This document shows, in pieces, positions 1-12,493 of a stretch of 64,000 nucleotides of DNA. The position numbers and the translations under genes are program-made. Within the stretch, counting starts at the first letter, position 1; each line of letters starts with the position of its first letter. The notes under the pieces were generated by a model. The model did no database searches, was not told the DNA's origin, and saw only the letters and a program-made list of their open reading frames with translations. Where the stretch lies: positions 3,534,001 to 3,598,000 of the forward strand of contig JAQFVV010000007.1 of NCBI GenBank assembly GCA_028023455.1. Reading direction: 5' to 3'. The stretch is from Epiperipatus broadwayi (lineage: Eukaryota > Animalia > Onychophora).

Positions 1-3000
1 CCTAGTTGATTGTAAATTTCCATGATTGATCAAATAGCATAATGACAGAAAATATATCTACTAGCAGTGCAAGACATTTTTGTAGGGCACTTAAGAGCAT
101 ATTTGCCAAAAATATATTTTTTGCAAACAGAAGCAAATAATAAGGAGAATATTCAAAAGATAAATAAATACATAATGGAAATTAAACTAACCAAATGGAT
201 TTTTTTTTTTTGTGATAAATTTATTCAGTACATAAAATTAAAAATAAACAGGTAGAGAAAAAATATTTATTTCAAAAAAAGTATATTTTACTAATTAACA
301 AAAATTAATACTATAAAAATGTAGAATATCATTAATCCATCTCCCTATGATTCTGCACTCTCCATCATTCAGATAAAATTATCAATAGCCCAATGACCAG
401 ACTTGATTATTTTAAATAACATTAGGATGTGCTTAAATAATTTTCATTTAATTGAATATAGACACGTTTAAAAAAAAAAATTCAGTACAATAAATAAATT
501 AATATATATTGTAAGCACATTTTAAAATAAAATTAACTCTCAATGTCTATAATGTGATTTCATAACATAAATGCTACAAATAGTATTTCATACTGGTCTT
601 AAGATTAGTATTTGTTATTTATCATTATCATTCTAAATTTGATTTTTTTTATCATAAGTATTATTTATAATAAATATAATATTTGCGAGAAAAAATGTAC
701 AGAATATAATGCAAAAAATGAAAGATAAAATTACTTTTGCTTAGAATTGTTTCCAATTGAAATTAGTTGATTAGTTTTTTACTAGTTATTATAATGAAAT
801 AAATTTGCTTTTTATTATTGCAAGTATTACTTACAATAAGTATTATAATAATTGTATAATAAAATAGAAAAAAAATAAGCTTAGATTACAAAATACAGAG
901 AAAAGTTATTTATATTTAGACTACAAGTAGTATGAGATATTGCTATAGTCCAAAAAAGTAGTAAAAAACTTAATTATGCGAGTAAAATTCAAATTAATTT
1001 AATTTTTGCACAGTACAGAAATACCTAGGAAAGTATTACAATATATATATGTTTATTTTAAAAAAGTTTATGAAATAAGGGCATATGAAAATTTCTTATG
1101 GTATTATACTGGTTGTAGACATAGAGGGTTAAAGAAAAACTCATTTAAATATTTGCAAATTAATAAGCTTAAGTGATATGCTGAAAGTATTCATATTTAA
1201 TCTTGTATTTTTTTTTTCTAGAATTGAAAAAAAAAGTTTTGTTACATAATATTGCAAAGAAGTTTTTCAAAAATCAGAGTTGAAGAAAAAACAAAAGGAA
1301 GATGTCTTTAAATCAGATGATATAATCGCAATAATTTTTAAATAAAAATAAATTTAATTTATTTTTTGATTACACAAAATAAATGTAGCGAATATATGGA
1401 TCAAAAATTAACCTATATATTATGCTTAATACTTGCTAAAATTTCCATGAGCATACATGTGCTTTAAAAAAAAAATTTATGATGATGGTGATGAGAGGGT
1501 AATATTTTTAATCTGTAAAATGGTTAAGGAAAAACTTGGAATGAAAATTCTGGATTAAAAATAATACATCTGAATACATAAATGATGATAATTTTCAAAA
1601 AGCAATATGAACAAAAACAGACATTTTAGCACCTAGTGTTCACATTTGAGCACAAAATATTTCAAATGCATTATAAAAAGAATGTACTTTAGACTTTATT
1701 AAAAATCACAACTAAATATATAAATTAGTGATAATTATTTTCAAAACTTTACTTTGTATTTTATATCAATAAAAAATAAAAGACTTTATCTTGTGTTTGG
1801 AAAGGAGAGTATTCAGTTTAAATAGTGTTCTATCTGTATGTGCCGTGGTTTAAGCTACATTATTATTTATAATCAAAAAATGAAAAACAAATTAGCTAAG
1901 CATTAGAAAAATGAATATTTACTTCAAATACAATATAAAAAGCAAAAGAGATTTCACAATAGACAATGTTATTAAATATCCAAACAAAATGTATATATGT
2001 ATTCTGTATATATAAAGCATTGATAATTTTTTTTAAAACTACAATGTGAAAAAGCCTGCTGGTTTATATTTGTAGTAGCATGTGATCACCAATATTGTAT
2101 TTTGTACTCTGTTCAGAATATTTGGTTTTATCTGGAGAAGTCTGAATTTGAAAAATATGACTTCTATCTTTTTATTTATTTATTGGCTAATTGTAGTATT
2201 TTCCCTCTGATTAAAGTTTTATAGCTAACTTTTAAAAAATAAAATTTTTATTTCATGAAAACTTATATTTCTTATAATGCAGCAATTTTCTTTGACCATT
2301 ATCTATCATAGTATTTTGTAATAAAAAAACCATCTAACTAAATGTAATAATTTCCAATCCTTCAGAGATTAAACTTTTTTAAATTTGACTTTGCTTAACT
2401 TTCAGCAATGTTGTTTATGTTGAAATAAGGAATTTCTTCATTTATAAAAAAAATTATTTATTTGCAGCATATACATACTTTCATTTATTTATTTATTTTC
2501 ATTTACAGCGGTTGCCAGAAAGTAATTTTAAGAAGCAAAATAAGTAAGATGCTCTTATGCAGTTCAGCACAATGACAGTGATTAAATGGAGAGCCAAAGA
2601 TCTCTAAATCAAAGTTAAAATAATTATTTTCCATTGTTTAAGCATCATGTGACCTCTTGAATGAATATTTATTTACTTATTTTAATAAAACTATACTAAG
2701 TAAAACAAAATGATAAAGTTTAAAGATAATAAAAATCAGTGAGTTATCTCAACTGTGTTTTGATTGGTGAATATTCTCATTGTGAATATCTACCCAGATA
2801 TAGTACTCACATTAATCTTTCTTTGTTGTTATTGATGTTTATATAACAAAAATAGGCTTTTATTTTAAAATTAAATAATGAATATACATTACAAATAAGA
2901 TTACAGATATATTAAATGCTTATTGAATATAAAACTCAGTAATATAAAATTAATCAAATCACCTCCTATCATTCACATAATAAACAGCATTAGACAAGTT

Positions 3001-4469
3001 CATTATGTGTGTAAATTACAAAATAATAGAGCTGGAACTATCAACAGATCAACACTGTCTTAAAATTATCTGTCAAGGATTCTGCCATTCTCTGGTCGCA
3101 AAGATAGAAATATTTCAAATACTCAATAAACTTGAAAAATTTATTCTAATCAACTCTCCAATAATTAAATAGATTTGTTAAAGTGAATTGCCACCAAGAT
3201 CCCTAAATCTTCTATAAGTGATAATGATTATGAAACCCAGATATAACAGCAATCACAACTATCATCTCAATCACCTTTCAGCTCATTATTTTAAATTCCA
3301 GAAACCATTTAACAAATTATTACAGGATTAAAAAAATTTCCATCATATAGTAAATTACCATAGGCTTTAAAGAAACTTCCAGTTGAATCAGTAAATAATT
3401 TCCCAAAGATTTAAAAGGATTATTTTTTAAATCAGAGCAAAGATAAAAATGCATACAAACCAGTCGAGTTTTATATGCTGTATCTACTCAATATATAGTT
3501 TTCAATACTTGTGCACAATTTCTAATATCTCAATCTAATATCCAACTTTTTGCTGCTAATATTAATCAATACCCAATAATATCATAAAGTGACAAACACA
3601 AATGGGCATAACACACACTTTACCAAAAAATTTGGGGTAAAGTATACTACAGTAAAAAAAAAAATTACTAGTGGAGTTTGGAAAAGAAGTTGCTATAATT
3701 ATAAAAAGTCTCATGACAACAAAAAAATTAAAATGAGAATTGCAATTGCTAAACACTTTTTATAATAGCAGCAAAGTTCTTCAGGTGGTAAACATATATG
3801 TAATAACCTTTCCATCATTTTTTTTTCTGCCAAACTAACTTCAATAATTAATTATCTAATAATCCTTGATATTCATAAATTGTTAAATAATATATATTAA
3901 GGCTATAACCTTAAAACTATGCGTCTAAATATGACAGTAGGGACCTCTACAAATCTTTAATGCAAGATTAACGACTTAAAAGACAAGAGCGACAACTCTT
4001 ATCTTCAACCTACTTTTTAATTATATAGGCGAATCTAAAGCATTTTGATTTGAGAGCGTGAAGCTATTGAATACTTCACTGATTAAATCCACAATTTCTA
4101 TTACAAACTAACATTCGCAAAATCTTTCGATTTACAATGAGTCAGTGTAAAGCTCTTATGATTAAAAATATTTTAAGACAATTCAAAGTTGTAACTAATA
4201 ATTTGTTAAGCTCATACTCATATAATCACTTGCATAATGTATTATAAAAATAAAATACAATGAATAATCACAATATTAGTCCTTAATTTTGCACACAATA
4301 GTATTGTAGACATATTATATAACATCTAAGATTACATCTATTTACAAAAAAAAAAAATAAACAGAGCAAAACTCTTCATACAGTATTGCCACCTGTGCTA
4401 AACAGAGTAATCAATGGATGCCAGAAGGCTTGTGCATAAAATCCCTATCTAATGCCTACTCATCCAACA

Positions 4470-4511
4470 TCCCCAGACTAGTTTCTGGCTTGTGGCCTTC
4501 GTCAGTGAGGA
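4470..4511 (-). ncRNA. Minimal type-I hammerhead ribozyme motif (family A, copy 1)
   Basis: UCCUCA-CUGACGA-AGGC CACAA GCCA-GAAA-CUAGUC-UGGGGA: 6-bp stem I, 3-bp stem II, palindromic ACUAGU stem III, GUC cleavage triplet. Confidence 0.78.
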
Positions 4512-4925
4512 GCTTTGGATCTGAGAGCACTGCATCTAGATCTTAGGATCTAATGCAACCCTCTAGCAACCACCTTTTATCTCTACTTAACTACAAAACT
4601 ATGAGAATGAAATTGAAAACACAAAAAATATTTTCAATCTAAGCTCAATAGCTTATATAGTCATATGGGTCTGAACTCAGTTCAGCACCCATACATTTTG
4701 GTGTCTTTGGCTCTTTTACAACCATAGCCACCACTATCCTATTAGGCAGGATTGGTGTTAAACCATTAAGCATCACATGATCACATTTCCTATACTAGCA
4801 CATTAATTGTTGATAAACAGAGCAAAACTCTCCATACAGTATTGCCACCTGTGCTAAACAGAGTAATCAATGGATGCCAGAAGGCTTGTGCATAAAATCC
4901 CTATCTAATGCCTACTCATCCAATA

Positions 4926-4967
4926 TCCCCAGACTAGTTTCTGGCTTGTGGCATTCGTCAGTGAGAA
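4926..4967 (-). ncRNA. Minimal type-I hammerhead ribozyme motif (family A, copy 2; stem II mutated)
   Basis: UUCUCA-CUGACGA-AUGC CACAA GCCA-GAAA-CUAGUC-UGGGGA. Confidence 0.7.
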
Positions 4968-5330
4968 GCTTTGGATCTGAGAGCACTGCATCTAGATCTT
5001 AGGATCTAATGCAACCCTCTAGCAACCACCTTTTATCTCTACTTAATTACAAAACTATGTGAATGAAATTGAAAACACAAAAAACACCAATCCTGCCTAA
5101 TAGGATAGTGGTGGCTATGGTTGTAAAAGATCCAAAGACACCAAAATGTATGGGTGCTGAACTGAGTTCAGACCCATATGACTATATAAGCTATTGAGCT
5201 TAGATTGAAAATATTTTTTGTGTTTTCAATTTCATTCTCATAGTTTTGTAGTTAAGTAGAGATAAAAGGTGGTTGCTAGAGGGTTGCATTAGATCCTAAG
5301 ATCTAGATGCAGTGCTCTCAGATCCAAAGC

Positions 5331-5372
5331 TCCTCACTGACGAAGGCCACAAGCCAGAAACTAGTCTGGGGA
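5331..5372 (+). ncRNA. Minimal type-I hammerhead ribozyme motif (family A, copy 3)
   Basis: tcctca ctgacga aggccacaagcca gaaa ctagtc tgggga. Confidence 0.78.
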
Positions 5373-5721
5373 TATTGAATGAGTAGGCATTAGATAGGGA
5401 TTTTATGCACAAGCCTTCTGGCATCCATTAATTACTCTGTTTAGCACAGGTGGTAATACTGTATGGAGAGTTTTGCTCTGTTTATCAACAATTAATGTGC
5501 TAGTATAGGAAATGTGATCATGTGAAAAAAAAAAATAGTTAAATTTTTCAGCCTATTGATGCTAAATTATCTCAAATAATTCAATATATTACAATAGACC
5601 CATTCTATGAACAATAATAAACATAAAATGATTTAAATTATTTCTAAAGCCATAATGTATGTACGTTAAAACCTATTATATAAAATTCGGAATTATATAT
5701 AATGTCATGTGGGGCCTAATA

Positions 5722-5787
5722 TGACAGCAGCAGAAGCAGAAGAAAGAAGAAGGAGGAGAATGAGAATAATAATAATGATGATGATAA
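5722..5787. repeat. Degenerate compound trinucleotide repeat (CAG/AAG/GAG/AAT/GAT)
   Basis: Read directly; flanks the 3' end of the LINE fragment. Confidence 0.8.
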
Positions 5788-7175
5788 TTTTATTTATTAT
5801 TAATCAAACAATACATATATTAAAAAAAAAGAAAAATACTCCAAACAAGATAAACTTGTGCTAAGAGTCTTTCTTAAATTATTAATTACAAACCAAAAAC
5901 AAAAACACCAACAAAAATAACAATAATAATAATAAAATACATTACTATACTATAAATACTAAAACAAGTAAACAAAAACAAATAACATAAGAATAAATAC
6001 AACCAAAAAGATATACACATACATATTAAACAAAATATATATATACACATTAATTAATCAATATATTACACATGAGACAATAACCAAAATTTTAAATAAT
6101 TTTTAAAAATATAAAAAGATAAATTATTAACTTCAATTGAATAGTCAGTAACAAAAGAATTAAAGAGCCTGAGTCCATTGTAACTATATTGCCTGCGACT
6201 GCTTTCTAAAGAAAAATCTGGAACCACCAGTTGAAATTTGTTAGCCAAGCGGGTATTTATAATTGATACTTTACGACACAGTAAAAACGGACGATGGTAT
6301 ATATTAATGATAATTCTAAACTTATATAGTTTAGAAACAGATAACACACCAGAATTGACATATATATCTCGCACAGAGGTCAATCTATGTCTACCAAAAA
6401 TAATACGCATTGTATAATTTTGCAAAGTATGTAATTGAGATAGTGAGTAATCAGTAGAGCCACCCCAAATGGAAATATTGTAATATAATATACTCTGATA
6501 ACAAGCAAAATATATAGTCATCAAAGTAGATCTAGGTATGAATCTCACCAGATAATAAAATAAATAATTAATTTTACGTAATCGAGAACATAAGTAGACA
6601 ATGTGCTTAGACCAAGATAACCTTGAATCAATATAGATGCCTAAATAACAATAATTATCAACAAAACTAATGTTACAACATGTACAAATACTTTTTGAAT
6701 GAATATTATACTTATCACAAATCCTAATACTAATTGAATGTGTGCAGTGTTTATAAGAGAACAAAATACCTCTGGTTTTCTTACAATTAACAGTTAAATA
6801 ATTTATCATAAGCCAGTTACATATTAATTCTAGATCTTTATTAATCAATTGCTCCAAAATACTATATGAAACAGCATCACAAGACAAAGCAATATCATCA
6901 GCAGACCCATAAATCTTTGAATTCAAAGATAAATTAAAGATGTCATTTATATAAATTAAAAACAGTATAGGGCCAAGTACAGAACCTTGTGGAACAACAC
7001 CAGGATTAACTAATCCAAATTCACCAATAATAACATGTATTTTAGTAGCCTGTCTCCTATCCTTCATGTAACTTAACAACCAAGAAGCAAAATGACCTCT
7101 AAAACCATATGAACACAAACAATGTAACAAAACTGTATGATTAACAGAGTCAAATGCCTTGGACAAATCCAAATA
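5785..7175 (-). mobile_element. 5'-truncated CR1/L2-group non-LTR retrotransposon; uninterrupted ~370-codon RT-thumb-C-terminal fragment plus 3' UTR
   Basis: YLDLSKAFDSVNH, VPQGSVLGPILFLIYIND, SADD, YLGIYIDSRLSWSKH motifs; stop at 6066; AATAAA at ~5789-5798 followed by (ATC/ATT)n tail. Confidence 0.9.
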
Positions 7176-7190
7176 AACAACAACAACAAC

Positions 7191-7251
<61 letters not shown>

Positions 7252-7290
7252 GTAGTAGTAGTAGTAGTAGTAATAGTAGTAGTATAGTAG
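7176..7290. repeat. Compound trinucleotide microsatellite (AAC)5(AAT)20(AGT)~12
   Basis: Read directly; begins just inside the intron after the donor at 7294. Confidence 0.95.
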
Positions 7291-7294
7291 TTAC

Positions 7295-9122
7295 CTTTCC
7301 CATCACTGTGGTCTTTGATGAAAATATCCGAATTTGGAATGATGACATCATTATAAATATCATCCTCACAGCCAGTGTCACTTTCTACTCCAAAAGAGAT
7401 TTTACTCTCGGTTTCCATCTCGTGCTGGTTTATGAAAATGATCTGTGCAGTATCACTGTAACTCCTCTGCCTGCGATGAGTTCGTTTACTAGTTGACTTT
7501 GATTTACAATCTTCATTCAATGGATGCTTAATATGCACAAAGTCATAGTGCATACTACTTGTGTCCTGATCAACAGGATTTGTCATCATTTGGGATTGCC
7601 ATTCTGATTTCTGGTTTACAGATGTGTTTATCCCTTCATCGGATTCATCAATGACACTGTAATGGGAATCCAATTCACCAACAAATTCATTTCTTTGAAT
7701 ATCTACAATATCATCTGATTTGTTATTAGACTTGGCTTGTTCAGATACTCTAGAATTTTCATTCTCACATAAATCTTCAGAATTGAAACCAATAGTTATG
7801 ACAGTTACATGATGCTCATTTTGAGTAACTTGAGAAAATGTGTTCAGTTTATTATTACATTTATTTTTATCCTGAGCTTTTTCAATAGGGGAACAATTAT
7901 CACCAATATCTAAATTGTCTGCCAGCAGACTTCCAATACTATCCGACCGGCTGCTTTGATCTGATTCAAAATTGCCCTTTAATATACTTTTAATACTAAA
8001 TTTAAATTCATTTTCCTTATTTGCCATTTCTTTACTTTGATCCTCTGACCAATTAGTAGGAAGTGCAGGAAAAGAACGCACAAGACTATTTCTTCTTGAA
8101 GGTAATGTGCTATCAAAACGTTTGGCTATTTCTGCAACATTTGACCCTGCACTAAATTTACGAAGCCTACCAGCATAACTATTACAAAATTTAGGAAAGC
8201 TATTAGCCTTTTCTTTAGTAATATCACTACAATTTATTTCTTTGGTTGGTTTATAATCAGTAGAATTAGAAAAACTTTGCAAATCATTAATTTCAGATTT
8301 TTTACATATTTTCACATAATTATTATCCTGGTGTTCATATAATGTTGAAGATTCAAAAATATTTTGATTTTCTATTGTTGAGACTAGATTAGATTTTGCT
8401 GTCTTATCATTTACACTGGAAGTAGAGCACTGAGTATTATTCTCATCATTAGAAATATTAATTTCTACTATAGAAAAGTGTGAAGTAGGCTGAAGATTGA
8501 AATGAGATGAATTCATTTTCAACGGGTTTTGTGTCACACAACTTTGACTCGAACTAGACATATCCAACTTACTAAAAGGTTTTGGTAGAGTTGGGGGAAC
8601 TGATTTTAATCTATTTGCTATTATTTGAGTAGTTGCTTCGCTCCAAGTGAGTGACGTAATTCCCATTGAAGAAATGTCAGATTTTTCTTCTAAATCATTT
8701 TCTAAACATTCAGGTGAACTACCTATTCTAATTTTCCTTGGCATTGGTAAGGGAGGTCTATTTTTAGCTAAAGAACTATCTGATAAATTTGTTGGAGATA
8801 ATTCCTCCTGGGAGGGACGAGAATTAAAAATGCAGTTATCTATTGATTCAGATGTTGTTCCATTAACTTGAGTTGATGTTGGTTGAGAAAGAGTATGTTT
8901 CGGAGTAACACCTGCACTTAAACCCTGAGGTTTAGGTTTAATAGGTGGTCTAATGCGTGTGGGAGGCTCACTAGATGACTGTTCATTCAACATTTTATTA
9001 TTAAGTGCTGATTTATTCCAGTTAGCATAACTGGGATTTATTTTGGTCCTCAACATATTAGCAGTGACCCGTGGCTTGGGTCTCGGCTTGGGTTTCTGAC
9101 TGACTTGCACTGATTCTTCCAT
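7295..9122 (-). CDS. Large coding exon of a host gene; low-complexity Pro/Ser-rich, likely disordered N-terminal region of a signalling or cytoskeletal regulator (identity not determinable)
   Basis: First ~609 codons of ORF 6066..9122. Acceptor tttttttAG|TGTGCAAGG (exon start 9137), ATG at 9122, donor AAAG|GTAAC at 7295/7294 (phase 1). PxxP/KPKPRPKPR motifs and Tyr motifs (HYSVI, HYDFV, IYNDV). No downstream exon recognised in 1-5700. Confidence 0.8.
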
Positions 9123-9809
9123 ATTTAGCCTTGCACACTAAAAAAAAAATAATACATATATAAAAAAAATACATATATAAATAAACAGATATATGAAACT
9201 ATAAAATAAGGATTCTTTAATGCATGCACATTATATGAGTTTTTAAGTAACATTTAATTTTTTAAAAATATTATATTTTTAAATGTACAGAAAAATATTA
9301 CAAAAACTTCCTATGGTTAAACAAAGAGCAGTTAATTAATCTATTGATAACAGTGGCTGTATGAGAATTAAATATTTTTCAAAGAATTTCAGTTGAGGAG
9401 AGATACATAAATAGGAAGATGATATCAATCATACAAAGCAAACAGAATTATGGAATCTGACAGTCTCTTAAATGTCAAATGACCCTTGAGCAATTAATAA
9501 ATTTTGAAAATTATATTATTGCAAAGTATATTTTTCACATAAAATATTTTAGCCACATTTAGATAAATGGTAAACAGAATTCTAAACCATTTTGAATATT
9601 TTATCACTCAATCTGTCTTTAATGAAATGGTGATAAGTAAAAATCATCTAATTTTAAACAAACATGAATAAAATGAAAAAAAATATATCCCTATATCAAT
9701 GGAAATGGTAATATGCTTACCTCCTGATCTGTGAATCTGATAATTGGGTGAAGATGCTCATTTATAGATCTTTTAATAGATAATTAAGATTTTATTTTTC
9801 CTAACTTTA

Positions 9810-9925
9810 TATAAATATATTATTGTTTTAGCTATATTTTTTAACTATAAAAGTGCAAGAAATATTTAATAAATATATTGTTTTAGCTATATTTTTTAAT
9901 TATAAAAGTGCAAGAAATATTTAAT
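9810..9925. repeat. Two-copy ~57-bp AT-rich tandem duplication
   Basis: AAATATATT...AAAAGTGCAAGAAATATTTAAT repeated twice. Confidence 0.8.
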
Positions 9926-11815
9926 TAGATCAAGCAACCACAGATACCTAACTATTCTTGAATATGTAAAAACAGCATTATTTTTGTTAGCGATACTTCC
10001 TTCTTAATACAATTTATTTTAACATGTCTTATTTGTATTTTTCATTTTAAAAAATTTATGGTGATTAGAAATATATTCTAAAATCAAAATCTTAATATAA
10101 CCTGAGATTATTTAGTTTTATGATTTAATTCATGTTTAAATCCATAATCTTAAAGCATTAGCTTAAAAATTGTTAAAAGAAAAAAAAAATTGAATAAAAA
10201 TAAACATATGACTGCTTTTGGTCTGGGTATGCTCAGAAAAGTTCACGAAAATAGCACAATAAATTTATCTATAAACAGAGAAAAATCTTGTGGTATCATG
10301 GTTAGTACACTCACTTGTCAAGCCAAATGAAACTTAGAAATTTTACAGATCATAATAAGACAGGATTTTCCATCCAGATAACCAGCCTAATGGCAACCTA
10401 ATTAAAAATTCAATACTGGGCAGTGAATTGATAACTCGTTATAATTAGCTAGGTAAGGATCTTAGAATAATTTGAATGAGTCAAAGAGTGTAAAACACAC
10501 TGTCAGTAAAAACAAACCATATGGTTGTAATATGATAATGTCTGCATTCTAGTTAGGAAGGTGTCATATTCCTCTTGACACAAATTCCATCAACTTTTAC
10601 CTACACATGTTGTAAAAGACTCTGTTGAAGTACGTAATTCATATTTTAATTTTTTTTAATATTATATAGCAATAACTATGCTAAATTTTAACTAATTATT
10701 TAACCTGTTTTTGAGCAAAGAACATATAATAATAAACATTCACAGATATTTTGATTAAATATTCAATCAAAACATCTGAACATATATTTAATATAAACTA
10801 TGATTTATATAAAAACTTAGTTTTTATTAGACTGATTTCTATTAACTGATTTTATAAATATCAAGAGTTATTCTTTGAAGTTTTTATGATTATTTCTAGA
10901 ATAACTTGTTTACAATTAAATAGACTGAATATTTTTTTATTATTGATAACTTAATATTAAATGAGTTTCTGAAAATTATAATTATTTTGCAGAATATATT
11001 GTAAACTACAAATTAATAAAAAATATTATATTTATCAATATAAACAGCAGTTATTTATCATTCATTGCTAAAAATTGTGAAAAGAAATTTAAATGATGGG
11101 ATTTATTTTACAGAATTAAGATGGTCAACTAAATTTATTTTATCAATCTCAAAAAAAAAAAAATCTACTATAAAAATAGTAAAGTCAGCAATGAAATTTA
11201 AAACAGTTAAAATGGAATTTTAATGCATAAATAAGAGTTTAATGCAATTCTAAATTGTCATAAAAGTTGGTTTAAGACAAACAATGGTAAACTATCACCA
11301 AGGATTATAGTACTCTATGATTTTCATTTTGCAGATAACACACATTTTACAATAACTAAATTGAAAGATGAGAGACAGAATATAAGATGCTAAAGATATG
11401 ATTGTTCACAATTATTTATAGCAATCGTTCTTAAGCTCCAGAATATGATTAGATTACGAAAATACTTAATTTCTTTCAATCAATTTCATTACTTTTCTAT
11501 TATACAGAAGCAGAGAAAATAAAATAAAATTTGTGTAAAAAATGTTAACAGCTAATTTATTTCTAAACAGATTCACAATAAAATTGTATGAAAAATATTC
11601 CTTATTATACACAGTAGGGCACTCATATCCGGTGTAAAAACAATTAAAAATTACAAAATTTCAATTTTCTAATTCAGACAACAACTATTCTCTATTGCCA
11701 ACTGTTACAAAATGACATATTCCATTGAAAATGGCTGCTATTATTTAGAAATAAAATATCTATTATACAAGAAAAAAAAACTATGCAATTTTAGACATTA
11801 GGAATATAAATATTT

Positions 11816-12493
11816 TAAGCCAATAAACATCACATGACCACCACTTCTTATGCTTGTGTATAACTGTTTTAAAACAGGTAAAACTCACTATACATATTGC
11901 CACACACAGCAAACTAGAGTAATCAATGGATGCCAGAAGGCCTGTGCATAAAATCCCCATCTAGTGCCTACTCATCCAATATCCCCAGACTAGTTTCTGG
12001 CTTGTGAGCGGCAATACATATAGTGAGTTTTGCCTGTTTTAAAACAGTTATACACAAGCATAAGAAGTGGTAGTCATGTGATGTTTATTGGTTAAAACCA
12101 ATCCTGCCTAATAGGATAGTGGTGGCTATGATTATTAAAAAACCAAAGACACCAAAATGTATGGGTACTGAACTGAGTTCAGATCCATATGACTATATAA
12201 GCTAATGGGCTTGGATTGAAAACATTAAGGTGTTTTCAATTTAAGACTCATAGTTTTGTAGTTAAGTGGAGATAAAAGGTGGCTGCTGGAGGGTTGCATT
12301 AGATCCTAAGATCTAGGTGCAGTGCTCTCAAATCCAAGGCTCCTCACTGATGAAGGCCACAAGCCAGAAACTAATCTGGGGATATTGGATGAGTAGGCAC
12401 TAGATGGGGATTTTATACACAAGCCTTCTGGCATCCATTGATTACTCTAGCTAGCTGTGTGTGGCAATATGTATAGTGAGTTTTGCTTGTTTT
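11816..12493. mobile_element. Family A (second subfamily, 453-bp unit): partial arm plus inverted >1-unit arm
   Basis: High similarity to 4360-5524; GGCAATA...AGTGAG recurs at 12010 and 12463 (period 453); exact 13-bp TSD AATATAAATATTT at 11803-11815 and 12494-12506. Confidence 0.88.
12341..12382 (+). ncRNA. Minimal type-I hammerhead ribozyme motif (family A)
   Basis: tcctca ctgatga aggccacaagcca gaaa ctaatc tgggga; canonical CUGAUGA, AUC triplet, one stem III mismatch. Confidence 0.72.

Larger units (their letters stand above)
4360..5524. mobile_element. Family A non-autonomous hammerhead-bearing repeat (Penelope pLTR / retrozyme-like): ~1.6 tandem 456-bp units followed by one inverted, circularly permuted unit
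   Basis: Unit start TAAACAGAGCAAAACTC at 4358 and 4814 (period 456); inverted arm 5083-5524; candidate 13-bp TSD A11TA at 4347-4359 and 5525-5537. Confidence 0.85.

Noticed and set aside
2950-4200. Possible degraded LINE endonuclease region on the minus strand
   Set aside because: Only ambiguous motif fragments; no frame gave a convincing match
7073-7496. Poly-Leu and poly-Asn/Ser ORFs (7073..7381 -, 7137..7496 +)
   Set aside because: Alternative frames of the trinucleotide microsatellite
6066-9122. Treating the 1018-aa ORF as one bona fide gene
   Set aside because: It is a host exon, microsatellite and LINE fragment with a good splice donor at 7294. Annotated as separate parts; the fusion is kept only as a hypothesis.
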